Assembly: GCA_965214575.1 (NCBI GenBank)
Contig: CBDCCE010000017.1
Coordinates: forward strand, 30,256 to 94,255
DNA: 64,000 nt
Source of the DNA: Puia sp.
Lineage (GTDB): Bacteria > Bacteroidota > Bacteroidia > Chitinophagales > Chitinophagaceae
Reading direction: 5' to 3'
Below are positions 43,647 to 55,223 of this stretch, piece by piece. The stretch's first letter is position 1. The number at the start of each line of letters is the position of its first letter. The translations under genes and the position numbers were made by a program. The notes under the pieces are model-generated. The model was not told the DNA's origin. It saw nothing but the letters and a program-made list of their open reading frames with translations, and did no database searches.

Positions 43647-45319
43647 GCTGAGGCTGTTAAACCGATCAGATCCAGGATTTCTTTTTCCTTTGCGATAGCC
43701 TGCTCCTGCATTTTTTTCCCCTCGGCCAGCATCCCGCCGATTTGTTTGTCGGACTCCGAACCGGCAGCATTAATACAAACATTCAGATAGGCTCCCATCA
43801 CCGCACTCCTGGCACATAGCGCACCGACACCGGCATCTGATTTTGAATTCGGATTTCCGCTGACCGCCATGGCCCGGATAACATCCATAGAAAGAAGTGC
43901 CACCTGCATAACGCGGAATGGAACCTTAATGGCATGAAGGTTGGCCTCGGCCATCGCCCTTGTTCTGATCGAGCCTTCATTTTCAGTTCCCTTTGGAAGG
44001 GCGCGGGCCTTCATGATGCCCTCAAATGCTTTTGTATCTGCGTCAACGAGGGAGAGCAACTCTTTTTTATACGCTGAACCCTTTTCTGCCCATTCACTAA
44101 ATGGCTCCCAGTCGCGTTTAAGTGCAGAGAGGTTGGCCACCATAGCTGCGAGTCCTGCACCCAGCACGCCAAGATAAGCCGATACGGATCCGCCTCCGGG
44201 TGCCGGAGATTCACTGGCAGTTTCGTCTGCAAAATCTGTCAGCGATAGCCGAACCAGCTTTTCGTTTCCAGTATCTTTTAGCAGATATTCAATAATTCGT
44301 TCTTCCGGTTTGAAGGGAGCCAGTTCATCCAGCCCCATAGTGAGTATGGCAATCCGGATCAGTTCCTTATCGGAAACACCTGCAGAGCGTTGCTGTTTTT
44401 TAAGAAAATAAATACCCGCATCCAGCAATGATTGCAGCGGAATTAATCCGACAAGCTCACTGCCGGTTACCCTGATTCCGCGGGCTTCCGCCTTACGGCA
44501 CACTTCATCAAAAGCCATATGAAGTGGTGTTACTCCGATATTTGTAAGGTTCATGGAAATCTGGGCGATGCCATATTCTTCGATAAACCATCCGATCGCT
44601 TTGATCGATTTAAGTGAACCGGGCAGCATTACATTCTGCCCCTTATCGTCTTTCACTATTTCGCCATACACCGGATCACCGGTTCTTTTTATTCTGCCGG
44701 CTTCCCGCACATCGAATGCGATACTGTTGGCGCGCCTGACAGAAGTGGTGTTCAGATTGATATTATAAGCCACCAGGAAATCGCGTGCCCCTATTACCGT
44801 CGCTCCCCTTTTTTTATCAAATACTGCGGGTCCGAAGTCGGGTTTCCATTCCGGTTTTCTTATTTTTTCTTCAAAGCCTTCGTATTCACCGGCACGTATA
44901 ACCGATAAATTATTTCTCGTGCTATTTTTCTGCGCCGCCTCATACAGGTATACCGGGATAGATAATTCCCTGCCCACCCGTTCCGCCAGCCTGATCGCCC
45001 ATTGAACAGTCTCTTCCATGGAAATGCCTGCGACCGGTATCAGCGGACAAACATCTGTAGCACCCATTCTGGGATGTTCTCCCTTGTGCAGCTGCATGTC
45101 AATCAGTTCGCCTGCCATCTTAATGGCACGGAAAGCAGCTTCCACAACGGCTTCGGGGTTTCCTACAAAAGTGACCACCGTACGGTTGGTTGCTTTTCCG
45201 GGATCCACATTCAGCAGCTTCACGCCTTCAACGATTTCAATTTCCTTCGTGATCGATTGAATGATCTGATTGTCGGTTCCTTCACTGAAATTGGGAACAC
45301 ATTCAATTATAGGTATCAT
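43643..45319 (-). CDS. ftcD: Bifunctional glutamate formimidoyltransferase / formimidoyl-THF cyclodeaminase
   Basis: 558 aa. The N-terminus MIPIIECVPNFSEG is canonical for the formiminotransferase. The C-terminal helical domain is cyclodeaminase-like. The gene is part of the hut cluster. Confidence 0.85.
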   Translation of the reverse strand: MIPIIECVPNFSEGTDNQIIQSITKEIEIVEGVKLLNVDPGKATNRTVVTFVGNPEAVVEAAFRAIKMAGELIDMQLHKGEHPRMGATDVCPLIPVAGISMEETVQWAIRLAERVGRELSIPVYLYEAAQKNSTRNNLSVIRAGEYEGFEEKIRKPEWKPDFGPAVFDKKRGATVIGARDFLVAYNINLNTTSVRRANSIAFDVREAGRIKRTGDPVYGEIVKDDKGQNVMLPGSLKSIKAIGWFIEEYGIAQISMNLTNIGVTPLHMAFDEVCRKAEARGIRVTGSELVGLIPLQSLLDAGIYFLKKQQRSAGVSDKELIRIAILTMGLDELAPFKPEERIIEYLLKDTGNEKLVRLSLTDFADETASESPAPGGGSVSAYLGVLGAGLAAMVANLSALKRDWEPFSEWAEKGSAYKKELLSLVDADTKAFEGIMKARALPKGTENEGSIRTRAMAEANLHAIKVPFRVMQVALLSMDVIRAMAVSGNPNSKSDAGVGALCARSAVMGAYLNVCINAAGSESDKQIGGMLAEGKKMQEQAIAKEKEILDLIGLTASA

Positions 45320-45357
45320 ATTGCAATATTCGTGTGGACAATGTTAAGAAAAGAAAA

Positions 45358-47406
45358 TCAATCTGTTTCCGAAAGCTGCCTGCGCGGACGGATGAAATCG
45401 AGCGGTTTTTTTAAAAAATATCGTCCCAGAATACCCAGAAATTCGGGGTACTCTTTTATGCGAACGCCCCGCGATTTAACAGCTACTATAAAAGCCAGAG
45501 AAAAACTAACAAGAAAGTTCATCAATCCGATGGCCAGCACACCCAAAAAGATAGTTACCAGATAGGAAACGGGAACATTCCGGATACCCAGGCCATATAA
45601 AGCCACGGATACATTACCTGCCGAGATGGTGATGTGCCGGATATCGAAAGGAATTCCCACAATCTTGCTGACGATGGACGACATTCCCAGCATAAAACCC
45701 AGAGAAATATTGCCAATGATGGCCCCCGCATTATTTTCAATAAAAGCGGACCTGCGCAGCCTTTTTTCCGGTGTGGCTTTGGCACGCCACCAGGGATGAT
45801 TTTTCAGGCGCTCCCCTATTCTTCCATAAAGAATTTTATTCTGCACATAACCTCCTATGATTCCGGTAAGAAAAAGAAATACGCCCGTGTTGCAGGCATA
45901 CAGGAGCGACAGGCTATGCCAGGGATGTTGGCTTTCCAGCATCGCCATGGCTTTTTCTCCTTCGAGAATTTTTGTTTTAGTAATCAGTTCATATAACCAG
46001 GCAAGGAAAAAGGCGCCAGGAAAAACGATCAGCAGATTGCCAATAAAAGAAGCAATCTGGCTGCGTGATACCCTCGCTACCGTTATGGCCAGATTGTATA
46101 AATTGGGTTTAAAGGTATTTCCCTTCGTGTCCAGTGTACTCGCCACGGCACTGGCCGTAAACGCAGGCTGTTTTGTGGCCAGCGTTCCGCCCGTGGCATC
46201 AATAAGAAGAAAACCCACACTGTAGTTGATCGAGTAAGCGAAACCATGCCATAAAATCGGCAGGTCAACTGCGGTAATCAGATTTTTGAATACAGCTACA
46301 AATGACGTTACTGCCCCTCCCTTCATGGCACTCCACATCATTTTACGGTACTCTTTTTTGTTTGTGGTTATATAGTGACTTCCCTTCGATCCTTTATGCT
46401 CCGCAATCTGATAAGCCAGATAACCCAGCGACTGGGAAAGAAATGCGCGGATACTGTTTTTAGTATTTTCATTTCTTACCAGCAGTTTAAAAAAAGAAAT
46501 AAAATTATCGGAATTAAACCGGGCGTTGTCGTCCAGAATATCTGTAATCAGTTCAATCCGGCTCAGTTTATAACTTAGAATGAGTAAAATATACGTCTGA
46601 TGAATACTTGTTCCGCTGCTCGAATGATTCTGCCTGATATAGTCAATCGAGTCCACACCCTTACGCGCAAGTATATGCAGCTTTTCACTGGCCTCAGTAA
46701 ACAGCCCGACATCTTCATCGACCAGCGATTTTTCCATTTTTTGAGTCAGTTCAATCTGATTCAGGAAGGGATTGTCATCCATTTTGTGGCTGGCGAGATG
46801 TTTGACTATTTCTTTTTCAAGGCCCAGATTGGCCACCTGAAAACTGAGCAGCTTGAGTGCTTGCATCAGCTGATTCAGAATATGCTTATCATCAATGGAA
46901 AAAACAAATCCGATGGATTCAAAAAAAATCTTCCATTGGTCGTGTGGAATTTTTTCAACCCACTGATAGTCATCTGAACGGTAAAATACATGAGAGATGA
47001 CGAATAGAAAATCATTTTCATTTTGAAGCGAAGGAATGATTTTATGCCTCAGTCTGCCGAAGAATTCCTGCCAGAAACCGTTGGCCAGCGGTATGCCACT
47101 TTCTGTCAGTGCTGCTGAAAAATCAGTCTGAACAAGTTGTGACAGGAGGGCATTGTGCAAATTGGATAAGAGAATCGGGTGTTCATTCATCTGCCGGATG
47201 AGTATCTGAAGATTTTTGGCAGGATCTTTTTTACCGCGGGAAGGGCGAATGGCGGAAAAAAATGAAATGAGAAAATCAAGTCCTCCTTTTTTATCCCTGA
47301 CAGGTATCACCGTGCTGCGGCGGGTGACCGACTCAATAAAATCAACCGGTTTTTTTTTATTGGAAAGGATAGTTGGCATAGGCACTGAATGAAACCCAAT
47401 ATACAA
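45358..47406 (-). CDS. Large multi-pass membrane protein of unknown function
   Basis: 682 aa with a soluble N-terminal half and a C-terminal half of several hydrophobic helices. It may belong to the family Pfam annotates as 'site-specific recombinase' (PF10136), but I cannot verify this without a profile search. Confidence 0.5.
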   Translation of the reverse strand: MYIGFHSVPMPTILSNKKKPVDFIESVTRRSTVIPVRDKKGGLDFLISFFSAIRPSRGKKDPAKNLQILIRQMNEHPILLSNLHNALLSQLVQTDFSAALTESGIPLANGFWQEFFGRLRHKIIPSLQNENDFLFVISHVFYRSDDYQWVEKIPHDQWKIFFESIGFVFSIDDKHILNQLMQALKLLSFQVANLGLEKEIVKHLASHKMDDNPFLNQIELTQKMEKSLVDEDVGLFTEASEKLHILARKGVDSIDYIRQNHSSSGTSIHQTYILLILSYKLSRIELITDILDDNARFNSDNFISFFKLLVRNENTKNSIRAFLSQSLGYLAYQIAEHKGSKGSHYITTNKKEYRKMMWSAMKGGAVTSFVAVFKNLITAVDLPILWHGFAYSINYSVGFLLIDATGGTLATKQPAFTASAVASTLDTKGNTFKPNLYNLAITVARVSRSQIASFIGNLLIVFPGAFFLAWLYELITKTKILEGEKAMAMLESQHPWHSLSLLYACNTGVFLFLTGIIGGYVQNKILYGRIGERLKNHPWWRAKATPEKRLRRSAFIENNAGAIIGNISLGFMLGMSSIVSKIVGIPFDIRHITISAGNVSVALYGLGIRNVPVSYLVTIFLGVLAIGLMNFLVSFSLAFIVAVKSRGVRIKEYPEFLGILGRYFLKKPLDFIRPRRQLSETD

Positions 47407-47409
47407 AGC

Positions 47410-48663
47410 TTAACCGACGAATAGACCCCTGATCATTACTTTATCAATAAGATTTGAACCAAACCGGTAAGGAAGATAGGCTAATGAAGGAACCGGTCTC
47501 GTGATGATCAGGTTTGCCAGCTTGCCCCGGGTAATGGATCCCAGTGACGGACCAACTCCCATCGCATAAGCTCCGTTGAGTGTTGCCGCATTGAGGGCTT
47601 CCTCAGGCAATAGTTTCATCTGTATACAGGCCAGCGCAACCACCATATTCATATTTCCCGTTGGTGAAGATCCCGGATTATAATCGGACGCCAGCGCCAG
47701 TGCACAGCCTGCATCCAGCAGCCGCCGGGCCGGAGGAAAAGGCATTCGAAGAAAAAAAGCGGCTGTTGGTAATAAAGTGCAGAATCCCTTCCAGCCTGAA
47801 TTTTTGATACGGTTAATTTCTTCATCGGGCATGGTTTCGAGATGATCCATGGAAACGGCATTTAGCAGAATTCCTTTTTCTATTCCGCCGATGGAATTCA
47901 GCTGATTTACATGCAGTTTGGGTTCAAGACCAACAGCCTGTCCTGCACGCACAATCCTTTCTGTTTCGCCGGGACTGAAAAATCCGTTCTCACAAAAAAC
48001 ATCAATATAATCTGCCAGTTTTTCTTTTGCAATAACAGGCAGCATGTCATCAATGATCTGACGGATATAACCCTCATGATTCCCTCGGAATTCCAGCGGG
48101 TAGGTATGTGCTCCGAGAAAAGTAGATCTGATCTGCAGCGGAGATTTTTCCCTTAGCCTGCGAATCACGCGCAACATTTTTAATTCGGATTCAGTGGATA
48201 ATCCATATCCGCTTTTTATTTCAATGGCTCCGGTGCCCAGAGCGGCAACTTCTTCAAGCCTTTTCCAGGAGAGCCGGAAAAGTTCCTCCTCTGTTATTTG
48301 GTTTATTTTCTCCACGGTATTCAGAATTCCTCCGCCGCGCGAATTAATTTCTGCGTAACTGAGTCCCCGTATTTTATCTACCATTTCATTTTCGCGACTT
48401 CCCGCAAATACGAGATGGGTATGACTGTCGCACCAGGCGGGCATCACCAGCTGACCGCTACAATCTGTGGAATGTTCCGGTAAAGCGGATAGTTCATTTT
48501 CAAGGGAAATCATGCTGCCATATCCCGCAATTTCATCTCCTTCAATCAGCAGCCACGCATTATCCAGACAGGGAAGTTCAGCCATTTCTGATCCATGAAG
48601 AGGCGAGGATCCGGAACGGACATTTACGAGCTGCCGGATATGTGTAAGGATATGACTCTGCAT
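47410..48663 (-). CDS. hutI: Imidazolonepropionase
   Basis: 417 aa amidohydrolase. It has the motifs PAWCDSHTHLVFAG and CALALASDYNPGSSP. Confidence 0.9.
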   Translation of the reverse strand: MQSHILTHIRQLVNVRSGSSPLHGSEMAELPCLDNAWLLIEGDEIAGYGSMISLENELSALPEHSTDCSGQLVMPAWCDSHTHLVFAGSRENEMVDKIRGLSYAEINSRGGGILNTVEKINQITEEELFRLSWKRLEEVAALGTGAIEIKSGYGLSTESELKMLRVIRRLREKSPLQIRSTFLGAHTYPLEFRGNHEGYIRQIIDDMLPVIAKEKLADYIDVFCENGFFSPGETERIVRAGQAVGLEPKLHVNQLNSIGGIEKGILLNAVSMDHLETMPDEEINRIKNSGWKGFCTLLPTAAFFLRMPFPPARRLLDAGCALALASDYNPGSSPTGNMNMVVALACIQMKLLPEEALNAATLNGAYAMGVGPSLGSITRGKLANLIITRPVPSLAYLPYRFGSNLIDKVMIRGLFVG

Positions 48664-48665
48664 GA

Positions 48666-50321
48666 TCAGAGTTGAAATTTCTCTTTTGTTTGCTGCGCGA
48701 GTTCATAACCGGCGTCTGCATGACGTATCACACCCAGTCCGGGATCATTGCGCAGAACACGCGACAAACGGGCGGCCGCTGCTTCGGTGCCGTCGGCGAC
48801 GATCACCATGCCGGCATGAATGCTGTATCCCATACCCACTCCGCCGCCATGATGCAGACTCACCCAGCTGGCCCCGCCAGCCGTATTAACAAGTGCATTG
48901 AGTATGGGCCAGTCCGCCACCGCATCACTTCCGTCCAGCATGGCTTCTGTTTCGCGGTTGGGCGAGGCCACAGATCCCGTATCCAGGTGATCTCTTCCAA
49001 TCACAATCGGAGCCTGAACTTTTCCGGTACGCACCAGTTCGTTGAAAGCGAGTCCCGCTTTCTCCCTCTCCCCCTGTCCAAGCCAGCAGATTCGTGCAGG
49101 AAGACCCTGGAATGCTATTTTTTCTTTGGCCAGTTTTAACCAGCGTTGTAAAGAATGATTATCCGGAAACAGATTCACCATGAGTTCGTCGGTCACCGCA
49201 ATATCCTGCGGATTACCACTGAGCGCAGCCCATCGAAAGGGCCCTTTTCCTTCGCAAAAAAGCGGTCTTATGTAAGCCGGAACAAAGCCGGGAAAGTCGA
49301 AAGCATTTTCCAAACCGTGTTCCTTAGCCCTCGCGCGGATATTGTTTCCATAGTCAAATGTAACGGCACCTTTTTTTTGAAGGGCCAGCATTTTTTCTAC
49401 GTGCAGTTTCATGGAATCATAAGCGAGTTCAAGATATCTTTCCCGGTTGGCTTCCCGTAATACTCTGGCTTCTTCAATGGAAATCTGATGGGGCCAGTAT
49501 CCAATCAGCGGATCGTGTGCCGAAGTCTGATCCGTCAAGGTATCCGGAATAATATTTCGTTCCAGCAGCCTGTCGAGTAATTCCACCGCATTCACATGCA
49601 CTCCGATAGAGACTGCCTTGCCGTCTTTTTTTGCCTGCAGGGCCAGATCAATGGCTTCATCCAGACCCTCCACGCCATAGTCAAGATATTTTGTTTCAAG
49701 TCTTTTCTGAATCCGCCACCACTCCACTTCTGCAATAAGCGCCACGCCTCCGTTCATTGTGATTGCCAGGGGCTGCGCGCCACCCATACCACCCAGTCCT
49801 GCTGTTACATTCAGTGTGCCTGTCAGCGAACCATTAAAATGTTTGTCGGCTGCCGCTGCATAAGTTTCATAAGTACCCTGCACAATTCCCTGTGAGCCGA
49901 TATAGATCCATGAGCCGGCGGTCATCTGCCCATACATCATCAATCCTTTTTTTTCCAGTTCATCGAAATGTTCCCAGGTTGCCCATTTCGGAACCAGCTG
50001 GGAATTCGAAATAATTACCCTCGGTGCATCGGAATGGGTTTTCATACGAGCCACCGGCTTACCACTTTGTACCAGCAGGGTTTCATCATTCTCCAGAATT
50101 TTCAGGTTAGCGAGTATATCATCCAGGGCCCGAAAATTTCTGGCCGCTTTTCCGCGGCCACCGTATACAATTAATTCATCGGGGCGTTCAGCCACTTCAG
50201 GGTCCAGATTATTCAGCAGCATACGGTAAGCGGCTTCCTGAATCCATCCTTTGCAATGCAGTTGCGACCCTGTGGGGGTTTTGTATTTTATTGGATCGTA
50301 CAATGACTTCGTCTTTTGCAT
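48666..50321 (-). CDS. hutU: Urocanate hydratase
   Basis: 551 aa. It has the motifs [20 protein letters not shown] and TAGSWIYIG. Confidence 0.95.
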   Translation of the reverse strand: MQKTKSLYDPIKYKTPTGSQLHCKGWIQEAAYRMLLNNLDPEVAERPDELIVYGGRGKAARNFRALDDILANLKILENDETLLVQSGKPVARMKTHSDAPRVIISNSQLVPKWATWEHFDELEKKGLMMYGQMTAGSWIYIGSQGIVQGTYETYAAAADKHFNGSLTGTLNVTAGLGGMGGAQPLAITMNGGVALIAEVEWWRIQKRLETKYLDYGVEGLDEAIDLALQAKKDGKAVSIGVHVNAVELLDRLLERNIIPDTLTDQTSAHDPLIGYWPHQISIEEARVLREANRERYLELAYDSMKLHVEKMLALQKKGAVTFDYGNNIRARAKEHGLENAFDFPGFVPAYIRPLFCEGKGPFRWAALSGNPQDIAVTDELMVNLFPDNHSLQRWLKLAKEKIAFQGLPARICWLGQGEREKAGLAFNELVRTGKVQAPIVIGRDHLDTGSVASPNRETEAMLDGSDAVADWPILNALVNTAGGASWVSLHHGGGVGMGYSIHAGMVIVADGTEAAAARLSRVLRNDPGLGVIRHADAGYELAQQTKEKFQL

Positions 50322-50325
50322 GGTA

Positions 50326-51891
50326 TCAGTTTAGAGAAAATTCGTCATAGTCCTTATTGAGTTCGCTTCCCTGTGCAGCAGCGAAGCGGTTGGTTTCCTG
50401 AACGAAACTAAAGGATTCGATCATGGATTTGATTTTACGTATATCGTCGGCAAAAATCCGGTCCTCATTGGCAAAGCTCACCTGCTGGCGAACAAACTGA
50501 TGGGCGTGTTCCAGAATGGAACTGCTGCGCAGGGGACGCCGGAATTCGATGGCCTGGCAGGCAGTCATCAGTTCAATGGCCAGAATATATTCGAGGTTCT
50601 CGAGTACCATTTCCAGTTTACGGCCGCTAATGCTGCCCATACTCACGTGATCTTCCTGACCCAGTGAAGTAGGAATACTGTCAGCGCTGGCAGGAAAACA
50701 AAGCGTTTTGTTTTCTGTCACCAATGCTGCCGTTGTGTATTGGGGAATCATGAAACCGCTGTTTAGGCCCACGTCATTCATTAATAAAAGTGGCAGGCCC
50801 CATTTGCCTTCCAGCAGCAGGTAACATCGGCGGTCGGAAATATTGCCTGCTTCAGAAGCAGCAATGGTGGCATAGTCGAGAGGAATAGCCAGGGGCTGAC
50901 CATGAAAATTGCCTCCGCTGATGGTATCCTCTGCGGAGAAAATAAGCGGGTTGTCGGTCACCGAATTCAGTTCGATCTGGGTCAGTTCTTTTAAATGCAG
51001 CCAGGCATTGCGGCTGGCTCCGTGCACCTGGGGCATGCAACGCAGGGAATAGGGATCCTGTACCCTTCCGCAGTCAATATGACTTTGCATGATTTCCGAT
51101 CCGGACAAAAGTTTCCGGAGACGCTGGGCCACCAGCTGGTTTCCTTTATAAGGACGAAGCTTATGCAGACGCTCATCAAAAGGCGATTTGGTTCCCGTTA
51201 AAGCTTCCAGGCTCATGGCACCGATAAGATCGGCGGACTCCAGACAATGATGCATGCGACGCAGGTTGGCCACGGCATAAGCAAGAATAAACTGGGTTCC
51301 GTTAATTAAAGCAAGACCCTCTTTGGGGCCAAGCTGGAGAGGCTTCAGTCCGTGTTCGGTAAGCACAGACAAACTATTGCGTATCTGCCCCTTCACCCAC
51401 AACTCCCCAAGGCCGATCAGCGGCAGAAAAAGATGGGCGAGAGGTGCCAGATCGCCTGAAGCGCCCACTGAGCCTTTTTCGGGTACAACAGGTGAGATAT
51501 CCTGGTCAATGAACCAGCATATCCGGGTCAGTGTTTCGGGTTGAATACCCGAATAACCCTGGGCCAGCGATTGTACCTTGGTTATCATCATGATTTTGGA
51601 AAGAAAGGGCGAAATGGATTTACCCACACCCACACTATGGCTTTGCAGGATTTTATGCTGAAGGGTTTGTGTGTCTTCGGCGGATATATGGGTATTGGCG
51701 AGCACGCCGAACCCGGTATTAATGCCATAAACGGTTTTCTCCATGGAAACGATTTCGCGAACACGATCCCTGCTCTGAAGGATGCGGGCCATGGAAGAAT
51801 CCGGTATAATACCCCGCATGCTGCCCTCGGCAAGGGCAATTACGATGGCAGGTGTCAGTTTTTCTGAGCCGTAATGAAATGGTTCGGGCAT
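50326..51891 (-). CDS. hutH: Histidine ammonia-lyase
   Basis: Trimmed to the ATG at 51891 ([13 protein letters not shown]). The MIO-forming motif is [14 protein letters not shown]. Confidence 0.9.
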   Translation of the reverse strand: MPEPFHYGSEKLTPAIVIALAEGSMRGIIPDSSMARILQSRDRVREIVSMEKTVYGINTGFGVLANTHISAEDTQTLQHKILQSHSVGVGKSISPFLSKIMMITKVQSLAQGYSGIQPETLTRICWFIDQDISPVVPEKGSVGASGDLAPLAHLFLPLIGLGELWVKGQIRNSLSVLTEHGLKPLQLGPKEGLALINGTQFILAYAVANLRRMHHCLESADLIGAMSLEALTGTKSPFDERLHKLRPYKGNQLVAQRLRKLLSGSEIMQSHIDCGRVQDPYSLRCMPQVHGASRNAWLHLKELTQIELNSVTDNPLIFSAEDTISGGNFHGQPLAIPLDYATIAASEAGNISDRRCYLLLEGKWGLPLLLMNDVGLNSGFMIPQYTTAALVTENKTLCFPASADSIPTSLGQEDHVSMGSISGRKLEMVLENLEYILAIELMTACQAIEFRRPLRSSSILEHAHQFVRQQVSFANEDRIFADDIRKIKSMIESFSFVQETNRFAAAQGSELNKDYDEFSLN

Positions 51892-51957
51892 GGGACTGTT
51901 CAATAATTTGCTTATGGATATATTTGCCGGCGCCGGGCATCGGGCACCCAGATAACC

Positions 51958-53154
51958 ATGCATAATATCACGAAAATAAAACTCTTTAGGATACTTCTCC
52001 GGATCACTTATGTGCCCTCCCTGATTTTCCTCTATCCATTGGCCCTTCTGCGAAAGAAATCAGAGACCGGCCTTTTTTTCTTTTTTGACCGGTATGCGAT
52101 GGGCGGGGCCCAGAGGATCCACCTCGATATACTCAAATCTATTCCGGATATTCAAAAACAGGTCTTTTTCACAAGATTTTCACCAAATGATTTATTCAGG
52201 AATGAGTTTTACAGTATTCCTAATAGTGTTTCCAATGACATTCATATCTGGTGTGATTACCTGCTGTTGAGATTGTTTTCGGTACATTATTATTGTTTTT
52301 ACATAAATAGACATGAGACTTCACAGGTATTTGGCGCCAACTCAACTTTTTTTTATGACATGCTTCCATTTCTTAACAGAAAATGCACCCGATCAGAATT
52401 ACTTCACAATTTCACATTTGGGAAAAGAGGCATGGAATTTTTTGGCCTGGAGAATTTCGATAGACTTGATCACCGGATTATTTATGACTTTTATACCAGA
52501 GAAAATATTGAAAAACAATATGCAGAATTTAAAATATCACCGATATACCTTGAACGATTACTTTTTATTGAGCCGGGTGTAGATGTTCCATTAGAATTAG
52601 ATAAAAAATTTAGTGACCCACTCAAAATTATATGTGCAGGAAGGGGGGGATCGCAAAAAAGAATCTGGTTGGTGAACGAAATTGCAGAGTATTTTATCAA
52701 TCAAAATCTGCCGGTAGATTTTCATTTTGCGGGCACTCTGATAGTTGAATTGTCAGAACATGTAAAAAAGCACAGTACGCTTCATGGTGAAATCAGCGAC
52801 CCCGCTATGATGAAGACCATCCTGTTTGAATCAAATATCGCATTACTGACTTCTATTTACGAGGGATTTCCTATGTTTATTAAAGAAAGTATGGCTCAGG
52901 GATGTATACCCATAGCTACCGCCCTTCCCGGCAATCTGATGCATTTGAAAGATCGTTCCAACAGCCTGTTGGTTCACGAAATTCTGGATGAAAAAGAAAT
53001 TGTTCGCCAGGCTATAGAGATTATAAAGGAGTTGTTGGCAAATAAAAATTTAGCTATACGTATAAGTGGCGAAGCTTATACGTATGCTAAAAATCATTTC
53101 AGTCGGGCAGAATTCAACAAAAAATACCAATCATTACTGTCTTCCCCTCATTAG
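51958..53154 (+). CDS. Glycosyltransferase (GT4/GT1-like)
   Basis: 398 aa. The C-terminal motif is EGFPMFIKESMAQGCIP (EX7E-like). Confidence 0.55.
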   Translation: MHNITKIKLFRILLRITYVPSLIFLYPLALLRKKSETGLFFFFDRYAMGGAQRIHLDILKSIPDIQKQVFFTRFSPNDLFRNEFYSIPNSVSNDIHIWCDYLLLRLFSVHYYCFYINRHETSQVFGANSTFFYDMLPFLNRKCTRSELLHNFTFGKRGMEFFGLENFDRLDHRIIYDFYTRENIEKQYAEFKISPIYLERLLFIEPGVDVPLELDKKFSDPLKIICAGRGGSQKRIWLVNEIAEYFINQNLPVDFHFAGTLIVELSEHVKKHSTLHGEISDPAMMKTILFESNIALLTSIYEGFPMFIKESMAQGCIPIATALPGNLMHLKDRSNSLLVHEILDEKEIVRQAIEIIKELLANKNLAIRISGEAYTYAKNHFSRAEFNKKYQSLLSSPH

Positions 53155-54110
53155 TTAAATTTGTATGTGACTTTCAAATGGGGATGTTTGCTGGCATCGG
53201 AATAACGAATGCCGCAGAATAACCTCGAAGTATACGCAACTTCGCTCTGAAGCCTGATTCCAAAACCATAGTTCGCGGTGGCAGTCATGTCCTTGACCAG
53301 GTTGGTGACGTCAACGTCGATCAGATCCAGTTGCGGAAGATTGGTATGAGGAATCAATATATTGTTTGTTGTTGTCGTGACAGGTTGTGTTGCCCAACCG
53401 GAATTCATACTCCAGCTATTCACAATTCTTTCAATATAAATAGCATTGTTAGTGCCAAAATTAGCATCTACAAGATTTCCATTCATAGGTGTTGGGTTAG
53501 AATATAAACTTAGCTTTGCCGATTCAATAGTAATATTAGCAGGCAATTTTGCAAGGTTGAAAAACAAGGCACCTCTAAGAATATCGGGCCCATTGAATGT
53601 CCATGTAGCTGCATCTATTTCCGGGCTGTTCGGATCTGTATAATCTGCGCCAAGGCCATTGCCGGCAATAGTTAAATCATAATAACCATCCTGTGCATTC
53701 GCCGTAAGCATAACGCTATCCAGCAAAGATGGTTTAACCAATACGGATACTGTATCAATTCCTGTAGCTCCCCCATTGTCTATCACCATTAACTGAAAAA
53801 GATAGGACCCGGATTGGCTGAATTTTACATTTGTAGTGGGAGCACCGGGGTTTTCAATGACTGTTTCTTTCGGTCCTGACACCTGGCTCCACAAATAAGC
53901 TGAAACAACGCCATCTGAGTCAGTTCCATTTCCAATCAGGTTAACGGTATCCACGGGCATGGTCAACTCATGATGATTTCCAGCATGTGCAACCGGTACT
54001 TTATTGTCGATATCCGGTACGGGTGCGGGGTCATTGTCTTTCTGGCAACCGTAAAATCCAATAATGAGAACAGAAGCTAAACTGAGTCGGGTGAAAAGGT
54101 CTTTCAGCAT
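53151..54110 (-). CDS. Lipoprotein with a PKD-like Ig domain and a DNRLRE-like C-terminal domain
   Basis: The ATG at 54110 begins a signal peptide plus lipobox (IIGFYGC). It has the PKD-like segment DSDGVVSAYLWSQVSGP..FQLMVIDNGGATGIDTVSVLV and the C-terminal segment AKLSLYS..IERIVNSW..WATQP. Confidence 0.5.
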   Translation of the reverse strand: MLKDLFTRLSLASVLIIGFYGCQKDNDPAPVPDIDNKVPVAHAGNHHELTMPVDTVNLIGNGTDSDGVVSAYLWSQVSGPKETVIENPGAPTTNVKFSQSGSYLFQLMVIDNGGATGIDTVSVLVKPSLLDSVMLTANAQDGYYDLTIAGNGLGADYTDPNSPEIDAATWTFNGPDILRGALFFNLAKLPANITIESAKLSLYSNPTPMNGNLVDANFGTNNAIYIERIVNSWSMNSGWATQPVTTTTNNILIPHTNLPQLDLIDVDVTNLVKDMTATANYGFGIRLQSEVAYTSRLFCGIRYSDASKHPHLKVTYKFN

Positions 54111-54184
54111 GGTTGGGGTTTGATTCAAAGATATAAGGAACGATGAATTGCTCCTTTAAGTAGAAACACTTAGCCGGGTTAACT

Positions 54185-55123
54185 TTACGTTGTTTTTTTC
54201 CGAAACATAAAATGAATGCCCATCAGAATTTTCGAAAAGAACCCGGTATTTAACAGGGTTTTTGGAATCTTTCCCTGGACACGGATCATTTTTTCAATAA
54301 CGTGGGGCACATTCCCAAAGTATCCGCTTGCCTTAATTTTTTGCTCCGTGTCAATATTCATATTTCTTACAAAACGCCACCAGGAATCATAAATGCGCAG
54401 ACTATCCATACTGTTTGCATTCATTTTTTCCAGCAGCAAAAAGCGTTCGGGAATTTCAATCTCTGCTTTTCCAAAACTTGACCGGGTTACCTGGGTCGGA
54501 CTAATGCCAATCCGAACCAGAGCTTCCGGAATATATTCAACCGCCGGATATTTTTTCAGATACCGTATATAAAAGTCGATGTCTACCAGCCACTGCATTC
54601 TGTTATCAAAAAAAAGCGCTTCAACCTTTCTGAACAGAACGCAGCTGGGTGGACCAATCCGGTTTGAAGCGATGAGTATTTCAGGATTCTTGTTCAATAT
54701 TGAATAAGAAGATCCGTTTCTGACAGTCCGGGTTTTACCATCCTGAAAAACATTGATGTAGGCAGAATAGAAAAAGGAAATATCCCTATTCCGGGTCGCT
54801 CGCGCGTAGGCTGACAAACTATCCGGATCACTGAACCAGTCGTCGTCGTGCATGGGCTTGATCCATAAACCCCGCGCCTGGCGGAGGCCCTCGTTCCAGT
54901 TTTCAGGGCTTCCTAGTGTATGTATATTTTTAAAATACCTGATCATTGGCTTCAGGGGATGACCCGCGGCCAGGGTTTCTACTTCATCTCCCGGACTATC
55001 ATCGGTCAGAATCACTTCAAAATCCCTGAAACGCTGGGTTTCAATTGAATCGAGCAGCCTTTTCAGATAGTCCGCACGCTGGTAGGCAGGTATACATATG
55101 GAAATAAGCGGAGGTTCTCCCAT
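54185..55123 (-). CDS. Glycosyltransferase family 2
   Basis: 312 aa. ISICIPAYQRADYLKRLLDSIETQRFRDFEVILTDDS is a GT2 N-terminal signature. Confidence 0.85.
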   Translation of the reverse strand: MGEPPLISICIPAYQRADYLKRLLDSIETQRFRDFEVILTDDSPGDEVETLAAGHPLKPMIRYFKNIHTLGSPENWNEGLRQARGLWIKPMHDDDWFSDPDSLSAYARATRNRDISFFYSAYINVFQDGKTRTVRNGSSYSILNKNPEILIASNRIGPPSCVLFRKVEALFFDNRMQWLVDIDFYIRYLKKYPAVEYIPEALVRIGISPTQVTRSSFGKAEIEIPERFLLLEKMNANSMDSLRIYDSWWRFVRNMNIDTEQKIKASGYFGNVPHVIEKMIRVQGKIPKTLLNTGFFSKILMGIHFMFRKKTT

Positions 55124-55223
55124 AAGACAAAAATAGGTTCTGTGGATAAATCAGCCCGATATTAATCTTCCCTTACCAAATTATAGCACGAAAATTGTTC
55201 ATACGTATTTGAACACTTCCATT

